62,120 bases of DNA from Anaerolineae bacterium (GTDB lineage Bacteria > Chloroflexota > Anaerolineae > UBA1429). Location of the stretch: the NCBI GenBank assembly GCA_041685915.1, contig JAWLEV010000004.1, forward strand, positions 1 to 62,120, read 5' to 3'. Made by a program: the position numbers and the translations under genes. Positions 59,944 through 62,120 of this stretch are shown here, piece by piece; positions within the stretch are counted from its first letter, which is position 1, and every line of letters begins with the position of its first letter. Under the pieces are notes generated by a model. That model was given only the letters and a program-made list of their open reading frames with translations, was not told where the DNA came from and did not search any database.

Positions 59944-60135
59944 GTTTGCTCAAGTGATATTATAAGGGCATCTTGTCACATGGCGTAGAGGATCTGTCTG
60001 TGACGAGGGCGGCACGGCATAGGGATGGCAGGATTATCTGAGATTGGCCTCTTGGATATGAGGAGATGAGAGGCATACCGGGTGGGGGCAGAGGGGAACG
60101 GGAGAACTTTTTTCACTATTTTCGTCACAGAAGGA

Positions 60136-61140
60136 TTATCGCCGCAACTTGGGAAAGAGGAGGCCTTCGCGCCGCAGCCAGATCCCCGTATGCTGCATTC
60201 CTTCTTGAAAGTCCACACGTGGACGATATCCCAGTTGTTCCCTGGCTTTTTTGATGGAGAAGACCTGATCGGTGCCCATGGTTTCCACCATCATACGCGT
60301 CATGGGAGGGCGCTCCGTGCGTCCCATGAGATGATAATAGTTTTCCCACGCCGTGGCTAGCAAATAGGCAAGCCAATGAGGATAGCTGCGCTTGGGACGG
60401 GGGAGTTCGGCCAGGTCCGCCAGAGCGTTGAGGTACTGCCGCCACGTCACCCGGCTGTCGTCGGAGATATTGTACGCTTCACCGACAGCTGTTTCCTCAT
60501 CCGCCACTAGAACCAGGGCATCCACCAGATTTCCCACGTACGTCAGTCCGGCGACATGTTGGCCCTCATCGATCAAGACCATCTCCCGCTTGCGAATGGC
60601 CTCGAGCATATTCGTGACAAAGAGATCGGCTCGGGGACCATACACGGTGGCTGGTCGAATCACACAGACGGGCAGTCCCACACGGCGTCGGTGGTTCCAG
60701 ACCAGGCTTTCCGCCTCGATCTTGCTGTCTACATAGGGAAAGCCCCTGGGGGCAGGACGCTCATCCTCAGTTACTTTTTCGCCCGCAAAGCCATAGATGT
60801 CGGTGGTGCTGAGGTGGATGAACCTGTCCACCTTGGCTCGCGTGGCTGCCGCCAGTATGTTTCGCACACCATGGACGTTCGCCTGACGAAAAGCCTCCTC
60901 GACACCCCAATCCCTCACCAAGGCAGCACAATGAAAGATACAATCCACCCCCTTGGTGATGGCCATAAGAGCGGCCGCGTCTGCCAGCTCTCCAACGCGG
61001 ATCTCCACCCCCAGCTCTCGGAGGTGGGATTTGTCGCTGGTGGGGCGAACCAGCACGCGCACCTTTTCCCCGCGCATTACCAACGTCTCGACGAGATGAC
61101 TACCGATCAACCCTGTGGCACCGGTCACCAGGCTTACCAT
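60136..61140 (-). CDS. NAD-dependent epimerase/dehydratase (3-beta-HSD-like extended SDR)
   Basis: TGATGLIG, HCAA, YVDSK, RPATVYGP. Confidence 0.9.
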   Translation of the reverse strand: MVSLVTGATGLIGSHLVETLVMRGEKVRVLVRPTSDKSHLRELGVEIRVGELADAAALMAITKGVDCIFHCAALVRDWGVEEAFRQANVHGVRNILAAATRAKVDRFIHLSTTDIYGFAGEKVTEDERPAPRGFPYVDSKIEAESLVWNHRRRVGLPVCVIRPATVYGPRADLFVTNMLEAIRKREMVLIDEGQHVAGLTYVGNLVDALVLVADEETAVGEAYNISDDSRVTWRQYLNALADLAELPRPKRSYPHWLAYLLATAWENYYHLMGRTERPPMTRMMVETMGTDQVFSIKKAREQLGYRPRVDFQEGMQHTGIWLRREGLLFPKLRR

Positions 61141-61271
61141 ACTGGGCCTCCTTTTACCACATACTGTCTGGTTGGAATGATTGTATTCGCTTGCAAAAAC
61201 TCCCTACGAGATCGCGGCGCTTGTCTGAGCTGCAGGACTCGACGCGTGATCGAGCCTGTGTGTGACGCGTT

Positions 61272-62120
61272 TTACTCCAATACGAACGTCTCTATGATCT
61301 GCGCCAGGCCATCCTTGTGGGCCGGAGGCGCGATGCGTAGTGCCCGATGCTTTGTCTCCGGTGGAGCCCCTCCCATGATCACGCCGCATCCCGCCCGCTG
61401 CACATAAGCCAGGTCGCTGGGGGAATCGCCAGCGGCAAAGACACACTCCCAACGGATGCCCAGTTCGCGTAACAGAACCTCCAGGCTGACACATTTGTTC
61501 ACGTTCGCACACATGACATTGGCGAAATATCCCTCAAAACCTGGCGAGACGCCCCAGCTCAAGGTGGCCTTGGGTTTGAGCCTTTTATCCAAAGCCTGAA
61601 GGCGTCGTCGCTGGGCCTCCATGCGCACGATGAACTGGGCCTTTAACAAGGCTTCTCCCTCTTTCCATAGATCGTCAAAGGGTGCCACAACGGGCTCTAT
61701 GCCCAGTTTTCGGGCCTGTCGCCTCCCTATGGACCCCATGGACTCTACATAATATTCCCCCGCCGTATGAAGTTCCAGATGGTCGCCATATTCCCGGGCC
61801 TCTCTCACCACCATCTGCACGGTATGATGGGAGAGGGGACGGCTTACCAGGGGCTTGCCGCCATTTACAGAGGGTACCAATGCGCCGTTAAAGACGACGG
61901 GAGGTGTATGTAGGTTCAGCGCTTCCAGATAGCGTTCCGTGGCAGCCAGCGGGCGGCCTGTACAGAGACAGATGCGCATGCCCAGGTGCTGGCAATGCTC
62001 AAGGGCCATTTGCAGGCGCGTGCTGATTTCGCCCGTCTCGTCGACGAGCGTGCCGTCAACGTCCAGGGCCAGGAGATCAAAGCGGTTTTTTGGGACCCCT
62101 TTTTGGTTCTTTGGCCTGTT
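61272..62120 (-). CDS. Cof-type HAD hydrolase (start outside window)
   Basis: Frame open to the window edge; upstream extension reads LALDVDGTL; CTGR, NGAL, GDSPSD. Confidence 0.88.
   Translation of the reverse strand, partial: NRPKNQKGVPKNRFDLLALDVDGTLVDETGEISTRLQMALEHCQHLGMRICLCTGRPLAATERYLEALNLHTPPVVFNGALVPSVNGGKPLVSRPLSHHTVQMVVREAREYGDHLELHTAGEYYVESMGSIGRRQARKLGIEPVVAPFDDLWKEGEALLKAQFIVRMEAQRRRLQALDKRLKPKATLSWGVSPGFEGYFANVMCANVNKCVSLEVLLRELGIRWECVFAAGDSPSDLAYVQRAGCGVIMGGAPPETKHRALRIAPPAHKDGLAQIIETFVLE

Overview
High-GC, gene-dense bacterial chromosomal segment. Gene content and the many Thr/Pro-linker lipoproteins suggest Chloroflexota (Anaerolineae-like); this is inference only. It is mostly housekeeping and metabolic: a DNA-repair radical SAM gene, azlCD, an AOR-family oxidoreductase, glyA, fba, uxuA, AICAR transformylase, a minus-strand fusA-paralog/trmFO/M28/dapL/hflX run, a flavodiiron protein, an opp operon with two binding proteins, scpA, a methylmalonyl-CoA mutase cluster with prs, and the hrcA-grpE-dnaK-dnaJ-prmA-rsmE heat-shock operon. 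It also holds tRNA-Leu(CAA), tRNA-Gln(CTG) and three ECF sigma/anti-sigma pairs. No integrase, transposase or CRISPR array was seen. Most interesting signals: (1) a self-contained envelope-signalling module (20573-27495: OmpR-type TCS, ECF/anti-sigma, two envelope genes each preceded by the same 89-bp palindromic/tandem-repeat element); (2) an unrecognised attenuator/riboswitch-like leader on glyA; (3) a long switchable structured leader on the stand-alone EF-G paralog; (4) hflX apparently lacking a canonical start codon; (5) an M28 peptidase homolog that has lost catalytic residues; (6) LexA-like, Crp/Fnr-like and tandem CIRCE regulatory sites. All calls are by-eye motif recognition; no database searches or folding calculations were run.
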